The notes under the pieces: generated by a model
Told to the model about the DNA's origin: nothing
Seen by the model: only the letters and a program-made list of their open reading frames with translations
The model's database searches: none
Program-made: the position numbers and the translations under genes
Source: Macrostomum lignano
Lineage: Eukaryota
DNA: 64,000 nt
Direction: 5' to 3'
Assembly: GCA_002269645.1 (NCBI GenBank)
Contig: NIVC01002758.1
Location: 1 to 64,000 of the forward strand
Part shown: piece by piece, positions 22,954 through 34,067 of the stretch
How positions within the stretch are numbered: the stretch's first letter is position 1
Layout: every line of letters begins with the position of its first letter

Positions 22954-24540
22954 TTATTGCCGCTTGTTGCTATGCACAGTGCGGATGTGTGTGTTGAGAC
23001 TGCTGTTTCGATTGAAAGCCTTGCCACAGTAGGTGCAACTGAATGGCTTCTCGCCTGTGTGGATGCGCATGTGATCCTTGAGATGGCTGCTCACACTGAA
23101 AGCCTTGCCACAGTAGCTGCAACTGAATGGCCTCTCGCCTGTGTGGATGCGGATGTGTTTCTTGAGATCGCTGCTCACACTGAAAGCCTTGCCACAGTAG
23201 CTGCAACTGAATGGCTTCTCGCCTGTGTGGATGCGGATGTGTTTCTTGAGATCGCTGCTCACACTGAAAGCCTTGCCACAGTAGCTGCAACTGAATGGCT
23301 TCTCGCCTGTGTGGATGCGCATGTGATCCTTGAGATGGCTGCTCACACTGAAAGCCTTGCCACAGTAGCTGCAACTGAATGGCCTTTCGCCTGTATGAGC
23401 TCGCATATGTACAGTCAGATTTACTTCCCCATGAAACCTAGCCTTACACACAGAACAGACGTATCGCCTCTCCAACAGATGCACCAATCTCACGTGAGTA
23501 ATTTTATTCGATTTGCTCTTGAAAACTTTCTCACAAAATCCGCAAATTAAATCGCCACCCGAGTTTAAAATGTCGGCCTCTTCATACAGCGGCCTGTCGC
23601 TAGCGCTGTCGCCGTCTTCGGCTACAATGTTGTACAGTTTGGCCATCTCGTCGCCATAGTAGACAAGAAGCTCGTGATCCGGGCTGATGTCCCGGATAGC
23701 AATGTAATAGACGTTATTATCCCACTGGAAGGCTATCATGTTCTGCTCGCAGAGGTTCCTACTACAATTAACGTAGCGCATCCAATTGGAGAAGCGCATG
23801 TCGGCGGCGTCAACCCATTCGCAAGACTTGTCGCGTCGAATCTCCCAGGCGTAGGAAGACGCCTCAGCGGTGGCTTTGTCGGTGATTCGCTGGCCAAGAT
23901 AGGGTCCGAAGATGGAGCCCCTAGCGATAGGAGCTTCGGCCCACACGCCATTGCCAGCGTGTCGGCCAACAGCGGAGCGGCAGATCCTCATGCCGTCAGG
24001 CAGCGTAAGATCAGAGAAATTCTCAGCAGTACCAAATCCATCCGGCATTTTATTGCTCACCCAGCGTTGATGCAGCTGGCAGCAATCGCCAAACACCTCT
24101 TTGCCGCAGTCATAGCAGTACAAGCTGCGCTCATCTGTCTCCTTGTAGACGCAGGCAGTTTTACCGCGCCTCGGCGGCAGTTGGCGCGGCTCTGTCGGTA
24201 GAAAAGCCGCGATGACAGCAGAGCCAGAACTTCTGAACTTGCTGGAACAGGCAGAAGCAGTTTTGATCTTCTTCTTTGAGTTGGCCAGTGGCTGATAGTC
24301 AGGGTCGCTGTCGCTATCATGTCGGTTGCGCTTCTTTTGCACAGTACAGGCTCGTTTTGGCTGCTTTTGCCTAGCAACTGTTGCCTTGCCAACAGCAGCT
24401 GTTGACGCTGCTCGCTGCTGCTCAACTGGTTGTTGCAGATCTGGGACACCTTCAGCACCAAATAGTTCTTTAATAAGGCGCTCATTTTCTGCCTTCCTGT
24501 TCAACCGCAGCAGCTCATAACTGCTAATGGTTGCTGACAT
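22954..24540 (-). CDS. PRDM9/7-like PR/SET-domain C2H2 zinc-finger protein, 528 aa, single coding exon
   Basis: Zn knuckle LYCYDC...DCCQLH; PR/SET LPDGMRI...GVWAE...FGPYLG...NWMRYVNC...EQNMIAFQ...VYY...ELLVYYGDE; seven C2H2 fingers with TGE(K/R)P linkers. Confidence 0.88.
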   Translation of the reverse strand: MSATISSYELLRLNRKAENERLIKELFGAEGVPDLQQPVEQQRAASTAAVGKATVARQKQPKRACTVQKKRNRHDSDSDPDYQPLANSKKKIKTASACSSKFRSSGSAVIAAFLPTEPRQLPPRRGKTACVYKETDERSLYCYDCGKEVFGDCCQLHQRWVSNKMPDGFGTAENFSDLTLPDGMRICRSAVGRHAGNGVWAEAPIARGSIFGPYLGQRITDKATAEASSYAWEIRRDKSCEWVDAADMRFSNWMRYVNCSRNLCEQNMIAFQWDNNVYYIAIRDISPDHELLVYYGDEMAKLYNIVAEDGDSASDRPLYEEADILNSGGDLICGFCEKVFKSKSNKITHVRLVHLLERRYVCSVCKARFHGEVNLTVHMRAHTGERPFSCSYCGKAFSVSSHLKDHMRIHTGEKPFSCSYCGKAFSVSSDLKKHIRIHTGEKPFSCSYCGKAFSVSSDLKKHIRIHTGERPFSCSYCGKAFSVSSHLKDHMRIHTGEKPFSCTYCGKAFNRNSSLNTHIRTVHSNKRQ

Positions 24541-26029
24541 CTAGAAGTTGTAAACAAATCAAATATCACATTAAAGCTAGTCACATTTTCTGAATAAAAA
24601 TTGTAGCAATACTTCTTAGGCCTATCTTAGGAAGTTAATATGTAAATCCTTCTAGAAAAAATGGACACTTTAAACAAAATTTATCCAATAAAAAAGGATT
24701 TAGCCAAAGAAAGACAAAGAAGTTATATATAGGGCGAAGTCAAAGCTATAATAAAGTGGATATTATAATAACAAAATGCAACTCAATTCTATGAACTAAA
24801 TAGTTTACTACATAGGCCAAAACCAATAGTCTAAAACTTAAATTACTATTATTTGAATAAAATGCATAGCACTTTAGTACCTAAACCCATGTTTAGGGTA
24901 TTTGCACAACTTAATTTTTTCATGTCAGGTTTTCTAGGGATTTTATTTTTTAGGTTCTTTTTAGATTAATCTAACAAATGAAAAATATAGACTACCTAGC
25001 ATATATACATTTTCATAAATTAAACTAAAATTTGCACAAATAACATATTAAGATATCTTTAGTAGTTAGCAAGTTATCAATGGCAAAAACTGATGCTAGG
25101 GGAAAACAAGAGAGCCACAGACAAATCAGACTAAGGCAATAAACTCAGAGTAATAAAGTTGATAAAACTCAACCTGATACAAAAAGATCTGTCTTGATAC
25201 ATATAGTCCTATAGAAGTTTTTATAATGCTATCTAATACCTAGTTTAATTGTTTTGCAATTTTTCAATTAGGTGGCCCACTATTACCTGCTGATAATAGA
25301 TCTATATTTATGGTCATAGTTATCTAGATTTGTTTCTAACTCTTTAGACTTCTTGTTTCTTGTTAACTATTATTATTACTTGCACAAATTTAAATTAAGC
25401 ATAAACAAATAAAACTCTATTTATCAATTTATGCTTCCTAACTTATAATAACAATAGACATGCATTTTGTTCCTTCATGACCTTATTTTGTATTTTTATT
25501 TTTAGGTTGTAAACACTGCATATTTTGAAATAAATTTTAAGTTTTAAAATTGAAAATTAATCATAATTAATTTGTTGAAATGATTCAATAAATGAACAAA
25601 AATTGTAATTATATTGTAGTTTGTGCTATTGTTGCAACATTATCCCATTTGTCCCTGTGAGGGCTATCAGAAAATTTTTGCTTATTAGTCAATAAAATTA
25701 AAACTAAGTCATATTAAAAGATAAAACTTATCAAAAAACTCTATTAGCATCTCATTACTCAAAATATTTGCCACTAGCCTCAAGGCATTTTTCCCACTGC
25801 AGCACAAGTCCATCAATGCTGGCACTAATGCTGCTCTTTGTTGTGGCTGCTATTCCTTTGTGCTAAGCCTCATTGGCTTCTTCTTTGCTGCTAAAATGCT
25901 GGCCTTGCATTGTCTCCTTGATCCTAGGGAAGAGGAAAAAGCTAGCTCGTACATGGGCTAAGATACAATGAAAAAGGCCAGTGCAGAAGAATCTCCCAGC
26001 CCCATAAGGAGATAGTTTCAATCAACAAT

Positions 26030-26345
26030 TTTTTTGCGATACAGAGCAGCTTGTCAGGATTGGACCCTGGGCATGCAAGCTTGGCCTTTTGTTGTGATTG
26101 GCTCTTTGCACCTTGCACAACACTTTCAAAAAATAGTCACCATTTACTATCTGGCTGGCAAGAATAGCCTGATCAAAGATGATGCCTTTGTGATTAAAGA
26201 AAGTCACATGCATGATTTTCAGCTGAGCAATGCTCTTTGCAGCCTTCACTGGCCTTGGAGAGCCAGGCTGGCACCTATATGCACTTTGCCACTTCAGTTT
26301 AGCCTCCCACAAATGCACCCAAGTCTCATTACAAGCCACAATTCT
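26030..26345 (-). pseudogene. Mariner transposase remnant (catalytic region)
   Basis: NETWVHLWE...PGSPRPVKA...MHVTFFNHKGII...VNGDYFLKVL...KRPSL. Confidence 0.8.
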
Positions 26346-27344
26346 CTAAAGAAACTGAACTCCCTTGCAACTGGCCCATTCCATATAAGATGGACATATT
26401 TGGAAAATAGAAAAAAGTCAATCTTTTTGCTTGTCATTGCCTTATCAGCCAATTTTTTTTACCAAATCTTTTTTGTATGTAATGTATACAATCTAAGAAA
26501 AAATAAATGATAAAATGTTGGATTAGTATGTTATCAATTGGCAAAAGTTATTTTTGTAAAAAAATGGACATTTTCTAAGCAAAAGACATCATTAAGTTTA
26601 TGTACCTTTTAAAAACAAATAGAAAGCTTTAGAAGGTTAAAACAAACTATTTATAAAATTATAATATTTGCATCATCAGATAAAAACATTAGCAACCATA
26701 TAATCTATTATATTTTTAATACATTAGTACTTCAAAGTTACTGAATTGATAGAAAAAAATATGTTACGACCATAATGTTACGACCATAAGGTTGCCTTTT
26801 CTTTTGTATCTTTTTTGCCTTTTTGAGTTTTATTTTCTAATAAAAGAGTATGACTTCTAAAGATGTTCTTAGTCAAATTTAAAAAAAATTATTGCAAAAT
26901 ATCAAAAATGAAAAATGTTATAAGACTTTTACCTTTTAGTTTCTATATGTCAAAAATCCTGTTGTTACGACCATAAGTGCCATTCAAGGGTTAATAGCAT
27001 CTATACTAATGATGATATCTATATGAAACTTTATAAATATATTCTTGACAAAATAATCTTTCATTCAAAATATTGGTTTAGTATATTCTATTATTAGATT
27101 TCATTTTATAAGTAAAAATAGTCTGTCACGTCATACATGCGCAACTGCTGGCCGACCTGGCCGATTCGGCCACCGTAAATCGTGGCTGACCAGGGGTAAG
27201 TCGCAAAATTGAGTCAACCAAAAACAGAAAAACACAAGAACCAAGAAAGGCAAGAGGAAAGCGAAAGAAAGAGCAGTTCAGGGAAAATAATGAAGCAAAA
27301 GAAAAACAATTCGCAAAAGAAGCAAACTAAGTTGTAAAAATAAT

Positions 27345-28232
27345 CAGGTAAGTCGCAACAGGAATCAGGTAAGTCGCAAAAGGGTTAGGTAAGTCGCAAA
27401 AAGAATCAGGTAAGTCGCAAAAGGATCAGCTAAGTCGCAAAAGGGTTAGGTAAGTCGCAAAAGGGTTAGGTAAGTCGCAAAAGGGTTAGGTAAGTCGCAA
27501 AAGGGTTAGGTAAGTCGCAAAAGGGTTAGGTAAGTCGCAAAAGGGTTAGGTAAGTCGCAAAAAGGATTAGGTAAGTCACAAAGGGTTAGGCAAGTCGCAA
27601 AAGGATTAAGTAAGTCGCAAAAAGGATTAGGTAAGTCGCAAAAGGGATTAGGTAAGTCGCAAAAAGGATTAAGTAAGTCGCAAAAAGGATTAGGTAAGTC
27701 GCAAAAAGGATTAAGTAAGTCGCAAAAAGGATTAGGTAAGTCGCAAAAAGGATTAGGTAAGTCACAAAGGGTTAGGTAAGTTGCAAAGGGTTAGGTAAGT
27801 CGCAAAAGGGTTAGGTAAGTCGCAAAAAGGATTAGGTAAGTCGCAAAAAGGATTAAGTAAGTCGCAAAAAGGATTAGGTAAGTCGCAAAAGGGTTAGGTA
27901 AGTCGCAAAAGGGATTAGGTAAGTCGCAAAAGGGTTAGGTAAGTCGCAAAAAGGATTAGGTAAGTCGCAAAAAGGATTAAGTAAGTCGCAAAAAGGATTA
28001 GGTAAGTCGCAAAAGGGATTAGGTAAGTCGCAAAAGGGATTAGGTAAGTCGCAAAGGGTTAGGTAAGTCGCAAAAGGGATTAGGTAAGTCAAAAAGGGTT
28101 AGGTAAGTCGCAAAGGGTTAGGTAAGTCGCAAAAGGGTTAGATAAGTCGCAAAAGGATTAGGTAAGTCGCAAAAAGGATTAAGTAAGTCGCAAAAAGGAT
28201 TAGGTAAGTCGCAAAAAGAAGCAACTAAGTCG
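27345..28232. repeat. 20-23-bp minisatellite (GG(G/A)TTAGGTAAGTCGCAAAA)
   Basis: About 40 copies, inside the TIR element. Confidence 0.95.
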
Positions 28233-28479
28233 CAATAAGAGGGAAGTAAGTCACAATCAGAGGCAATCAGGGGGTAGTAGGTGCAAGTGTGGCAGGAGAG
28301 CAAAAACAGAATAGAAGCCTTCAACCACAGACAAGATCTTTGAAATCAGAAGCCCGCGTCATTTCTTTAACTCTGGAGCAGGGGTTGGCAAACTCCGGCT
28401 CGCGAAGCCCCTCTATCTGGCCCTCGCCCCTCGGGTTCTTTGAAACTTCCTAACTACGAGTAGCAAGGTTGGTGTCTCT

Positions 28480-29150
28480 TCAACTCTCATCTCTCTCTCT
28501 TCTTCTCTACCTTGCCTCCCCTCTTCTCTCCCCCCTTTTCCCTCTTCTCTCTCCTCTCATTTTTACTCTCCTCTCTTCTCCCCCTTTCTCTCTACCCTTT
28601 CTCCTCAATGCCCTCTTCTCTCCTCTTATCTTCAGCAAAAATATGTGCATATTTTCTTACTTCAAAGTAGAGAAAATAGAAGATTAGAGATAAGCAAACA
28701 GAGGAGAGGCGAGCGATGCGATGGGAGAAAAGATAGAAGAGGAGAGAAAAGCTGAGGGAGGAAAAAGAGATAAGAGAGAAGAGGAGATGCGAGAAAAGAG
28801 GAAAGAAAAGATGATAGATGAGATCAGAAGAGAGGAAAGAGGAAAGAGGAGAGAGTAGATGAGAGAAGAGAGGATAAAGAGGAGATGAGAGGAGAGTGAA
28901 GAGAGGAGAGATGAGAGTAGAAAAGAGAGGAGAGATAATGAGAGAGTAGAGTGGAGAGAGACGAGAGGGAAGATAAGATGAGAGAGTAGAGTGGAATGGA
29001 GAGAGACGAGAGAGAGATAAGAATGTAGAGAGGAGACAGAAGAGATAGGAGAGGAGAGGAAAGAGAGGAGAGAGGAGAGGAAAGAGAGAAGGGATAAGGG
29101 ATGAGAGAGAAAAGAAAAAGAGGATGAGAAGATTGAGGAATGGAGAGAAT
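28480..29150. repeat. CT-rich then GA-rich low-complexity tracts
   Basis: Direct reading. Confidence 0.85.
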
Positions 29151-29769
29151 TTGCAAAGGCCTCAAATCTTAGTTTAACATGCATTACTCCCATCTTTGCC
29201 TTTTTCCTAACTGTTAACAAGTTTTTGTTTGAGCATGACTTCAAATTTAGAATCTATGCAAAAATAGTTCCGGGAATTAGAATTCAGTGGTTTAAAAATC
29301 TGTGGGTTTTCACAGCTTGTATCTCTACTGGATTCGTATTCTGCATCTGATGAGCCATCTGAATCAGGGCTCTCATCTTCCATGCCAAATCGTCTAGCAA
29401 ATCGTTCTTGAGCTATAGGTCACACTGTATTCACTTCACTTACTTCTGGACATTCATGAATCATGACTTTTGTAGTATGCTCACTACACTGTACTGACAA
29501 TTTACTAATTGCTTCATGCCGCCACTAGATGACATACTGATTAGCTGTTATAAAAACGCGAAATCTGCACGCAGCACTAATTAGCTGGCGAGGCATTTAG
29601 CTTTAAAAATATGGTCATAGTTACTCCTGCCGTTTACCTAAAGTTTTTGCTTGGCTCTTTCATAGGTAAGTCGCATTTTTTATCGAAAACTAAGTCGCAC
29701 GGCCAGCGTAATTTCAGAAGTTGCGCATGTATGTGTCACGTTACGACCATAATTATATGGAATGGCCCA

Positions 29770-30090
29770 ACTGTATCTTTGCAGATGAGTGCGAGCTGCA
29801 CTGAGAGTTATGTGGTAGACTTTCTGCTTCTCTGACAGGATATGAGACACCCACTTTGCGCAAATCTTCCTGACTTTAAGATCTTCAGTCAGAACTTTAT
29901 GGATTGTCATGAGACATGCTAGTAGACTCAGCCAGCTGATGAGTGGTAACACAGTGATCCTCTTGCATAGCAGCTTCCACCTTTTGTACCAATTGTGTTG
30001 TTTGCACTGAACAGGGCCTTCCACTTTGAGGTTTGTCTTGAATGTCTTCTTTGTCATCAAGAACACTTGCCATCTAGCAACAAACAATGT
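29770..30090 (-). pseudogene. Mariner transposase remnant (second HTH / linker)
   Basis: TIHKVLTEDLKVRKICAKWVSHILSEKQK. Confidence 0.75.
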
Positions 30091-30620
30091 CATATGACAG
30101 GCAAGAGTCTGCTATGGCTTGATACATGATTCCATGTCTCTGTTGGAAACAGTCTAAGCAAGGCATGGAACTTGATGATAGTTGAATAGTCTTCTTTAGA
30201 GAAGCTTTTTTGCAAAATGGAGGTGTTTATAATAGGACTTATAAATTTTCTAATGTGAAGCTAGGTTTCAAGATTTTAAGCCAAATTTTTTGTAATAGGC
30301 ACATTAAATACCAGGCAATAGCCTCAGCTTAGCTGCATTTTTTATGTGAATTATAAAAAAATATCAGTCAATAATCAAAACTTTTCTAATAGCACTTATA
30401 ATATCTAGAAACTTTTATCACTTTTGCATATCCCATATAAATTATAAGTTAAATGTCCGAATTAAGTCAAAGAAATTTATTCATTTTTTTTGCAAATTTC
30501 TATAGGCCCCTAGGCCTAACTAAATATTTTTTGCTTAAAATTAATATATTCATAGTATAATTATTAGCCATATTATTAATAAAGGCTTTTACTTTTAATA
30601 GTTTTAATTATATTATAATA

Positions 30621-31616
30621 TGAGGGGTATCTGAAAAGTAGTGATACTTCTAACCCTAGCTCTCATTCTATAGCTTTTTGTGATTTAAAATTTTATGAAC
30701 TGATAGTGGCAAATCTTTTCTACAGACTGCTTGTTGAATTTTTAAATTGATACCAGAGAACAAAAGTTATACCCATGAAAGTAACAGTACCTGTATCACA
30801 GAGTTACACAAATTATAGGCTGAGCTTCATGAGATCCATGCCGAATAAGCTTCAATGAATTGTTGATTTTGGTTTTTCCAACCTGTCAGCAATTTCTGAA
30901 ATGGTCATTTGGAGGTCCTTGTCAAGAAGATCCAGAATAGAGTCCGCTAGTACATCAGGTTGATGAATGTATGGCCTCTTTATCCAATGCTAATCTGCCA
31001 AGTCAGTCTATCCCTCTAAACTGCTCAATCCATTGATAAACTATCATTTTGCTGACCGCAAAGGATCCGTGCACAGAGCACAGTTTTGCATGAATTTCTG
31101 AGGCACTATGGCCAGCACCCCAAAGAGTGAAGATGGTACTTTGCTGAGCAACAACTGAGTGCATATCCATGTGTGTTGTCAAGTATAGGCAATGAAATCA
31201 TGAACGAATTGCAAAATGCAAGCTCTTCTGTTTGCAAGCAAAGTAATGAATTTAATGCTTTATATTTCTGTGCATGATCTTGTCCATAGATAAATTTCAG
31301 TCAGTCATAGTGAGCATCATTTTGAAATTGGGCTTTGGTATTGCTTCAATAAGACATTTATCAATGCTTTCTTAATAAATAAGTGCAGAAGTCAACTATT
31401 ATAAATTTTGTTATAGTTTGTGTAACTTTATGGTACAGGTAGGCCCTACTGTTACTTTCGTGGATATAACTTTTGTTCTCTAGTACCAATTTTAAAAATT
31501 CAAAAAGCAGTCTATAGAAAAGATTTGCCACTATCAGTTCATAAAATTTTAAATCACAGGAAGCTATAGAACGAGAGCTATGGTTAAAAGTATCACTACT
31601 TTTTGGACACCCTTTG
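30621..31616. mobile_element. Mariner-derived MITE with ~170-bp TIRs and an internal transposase N-terminal remnant
   Basis: 30621-30790 is an imperfect inverted copy of ~31445-31616; TA flanks both ends; the internal minus strand reads IVYQWIEQFRG and LLDKDLQMTISEIADRLGKPKSTIH. Confidence 0.8.
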
Positions 31617-33256
31617 TACAATATCTTTGTTATAATCCTATAGAAATTTCTAAAACACTATTAATTTCTCTATAAATGTATACAAGGCAATCATGCAAAC
31701 CCAGCTAGTAATCAAGTTTTTTGACTCCTCAATATTTAATAACAAAGCAAACAAATGAACTAGGCCTACTATCTATAAATCTTACTTATTTTGCCAATTT
31801 GCCATGCTATAGGGCCTAGGCCTATCTTAAGTTCTACTTTTCAATCTTTTGCTACTAGGTGTGTGGATCCTAAGTAAATGTTTTTGTATTACCAATATTG
31901 GCACTGCATTGATTTTACAAATTTTGTATAAAAAGAGTAGGCCTATAAAATTTTATGTATGAATTGATATTAAATTTTGGGTAGACCTTAATCTTTAAGC
32001 CTAAGCCCTAAGTATAGGCCAATCATTTATTTAAAGCAGAGAATAGACTGTAGGCCTAGGCCTATGACAATGACTAGGTAATAGTAGGGCCTGAAAATTG
32101 ATAGGGGGGCCTAATGATAAGACTGCATTTACTATGAAACACATGATATGGCCTAGGCCTACACATGATAACACATGCAAGATTTTATAACTTTACAGGG
32201 GTCTAGTCAAGCCTCCAGGTGTTCAACCTACCTAGTCTTCTAATAATACTAATCCTCCTATACCTTTTTTGCTTTTAAACTCAGCTTAGCTTTTCCTGTC
32301 GCTAATATACATAGCACAATAAGCAAGTAGACAGAAACTTTGATACAGAAAATCCAATTTCTTTCAAACAAATGTCAATTTTGCCTAAATCTTTGCATAT
32401 TATGACTTCTGCGAGTGACGATTCCTGAACAGAATGCGTGTTTTTTTCAGTCATGGGAGATCCTACTAACCTACTCGGACTATTCGGCCTGCCCATAGAG
32501 AATTGCTTAAAATAATGCGCACACAGTTTGTATTATCCAAAGCGTTACGTGTATTAACAAAAAACATAAATTTTTTAAACAACATCTAAAACATATAAAA
32601 AAATATATCTAAAACTTGACAACATTTAAATACTTCTCCAAAGATTTTTGAAATAGTATTTTTATATATTTAGAACACTTCAAAGTGTTTACTAAAGAAG
32701 ACATAAAATCAAGGGATTATTTTTTTAATTTCGGAACTTAGTAAAAATAATGAAGATTGCAAGGGGTCGACGTAATAATCAATGGTTTATTTGAGTTGAA
32801 TAATAGTGTTTTCTTCTAATATACGCAGTAAAACTATATTCTGCAACAGTAGGCTTATAGGCTATGCAGCTATTTAAATGTACCATCAAGTGATAAATAT
32901 CTATAATCCTTTCCTTTGACCCTCTGCTCTGTGGAGGACGTGCTCATTTATTCATATGAAAATGATAATAACCTTTCACAACAGAATAACAACGCTGGAT
33001 CAGTGGTGGATCCTGCAGGATTTTTAAAGTAGGGGGAGTGCATGCGGACCATGCAGCCAAAATTTTTGTGTTAGCCGAGAATACATGTACATGTAAGCCC
33101 CAAATCAGACCAAAATTGCAATACCCCGGAAAAAGAGGGAGGCAAAAGAGGGGAATTTATTCCTATTGAAACTATGGATTGTTGGTCAGGTTAGTATTCA
33201 TAAAATATAGTATTAGATCATCGTGCTACTTTGTTGCGCTACATGTAGATCTAGAT

Positions 33257-33302
<46 letters not shown>

Positions 33303-33350
33303 GATAAATAGATAGATAGATAGATAGATAGAGATAGATAGATAGATAGT

Positions 33351-33446
<96 letters not shown>
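33257..33446. repeat. (GATA)n microsatellite
   Basis: Direct reading. Confidence 0.97.
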
Positions 33447-33450
33447 CCGC

Positions 33451-33606
33451 TCACCATTCGCCCTGCTGCTCGGTCAGCCGCCGCACCTGAAAGCCGGACT
33501 CGGCCAGGACTCTCTTGTTGTGGTCCCTTGCTGACACTTCCTGCCCGGCCGCCTCTCCCGACGACGACTCCATGGCAGGAAGCGCGAAGTTTCGGGTGTG
33601 TCTGTA
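33451..33606 (-). other. Candidate exon of an unassigned gene
   Basis: GC-rich segment with acceptor TGTCTACAG and donor GTGAGC; [43 protein letters not shown] further donor (GTGAGT) lies near 33740. Confidence 0.4.
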
Positions 33607-34067
33607 GACAGCAGGAAAATTCCATGCCTCAACTCTCAAAACAAGTTGCTAATTGTTGGCTGAACTCAGCCGAAATCGGACACTCTTGACTTTTCTGCCT
33701 ACATGCAGCTACACTAAAAGTGCAATTCGAGGCACTCACCGCTGGTTGGTGCCACCTGCTCTAGAGTAGCAGCCCTCGATAGAAGTAGCTGAAAATTATT
33801 TGAATAATCGTAATTATAAAGCCCAACAATAATTTCCAGATTGCAGAAACCTTTTTTGAACTCCCTCACGGCATGCTTCATCCCTCACGCCATGCTTCAT
33901 CCCTCACGCCATGCTTCATCCCTCACGGCATGCTTCATCCCTCACGCCATGCTTTCTTTCCTCTCCCTGATCCTCCCCAATCTTTCCTCTTTGAGCATAC
34001 TTCTAGCTTCTAGGAAATATCTTCACGTCATCAAGCCAGCTCCATCAAGAATCCCCCCCCCAATCTG

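Larger units (their letters stand above)
27132..29733. mobile_element. Non-autonomous DNA element with 15-bp TIRs and 8-bp TSD (hAT- or P-like)
   Basis: Perfect TIR CATACATGCGCAACT at 27132-27146 and 29719-29733; TGTCACGT duplicated at 27124-27131 and 29734-29741. Confidence 0.85.

Noticed and set aside
22942-23550. 202-aa plus-strand repeat ORF
   Set aside because: Antisense frame of the zinc-finger array.
27345-28232. Telomeric repeat
   Set aside because: GGGTTAGG occurs only as part of a 20-23-bp unit; there are no (TTAGGG)n runs.
29345-29380. Hammerhead ribozyme core (CTGATGAG...)
   Set aside because: No GAAA or stem II/III geometry found.
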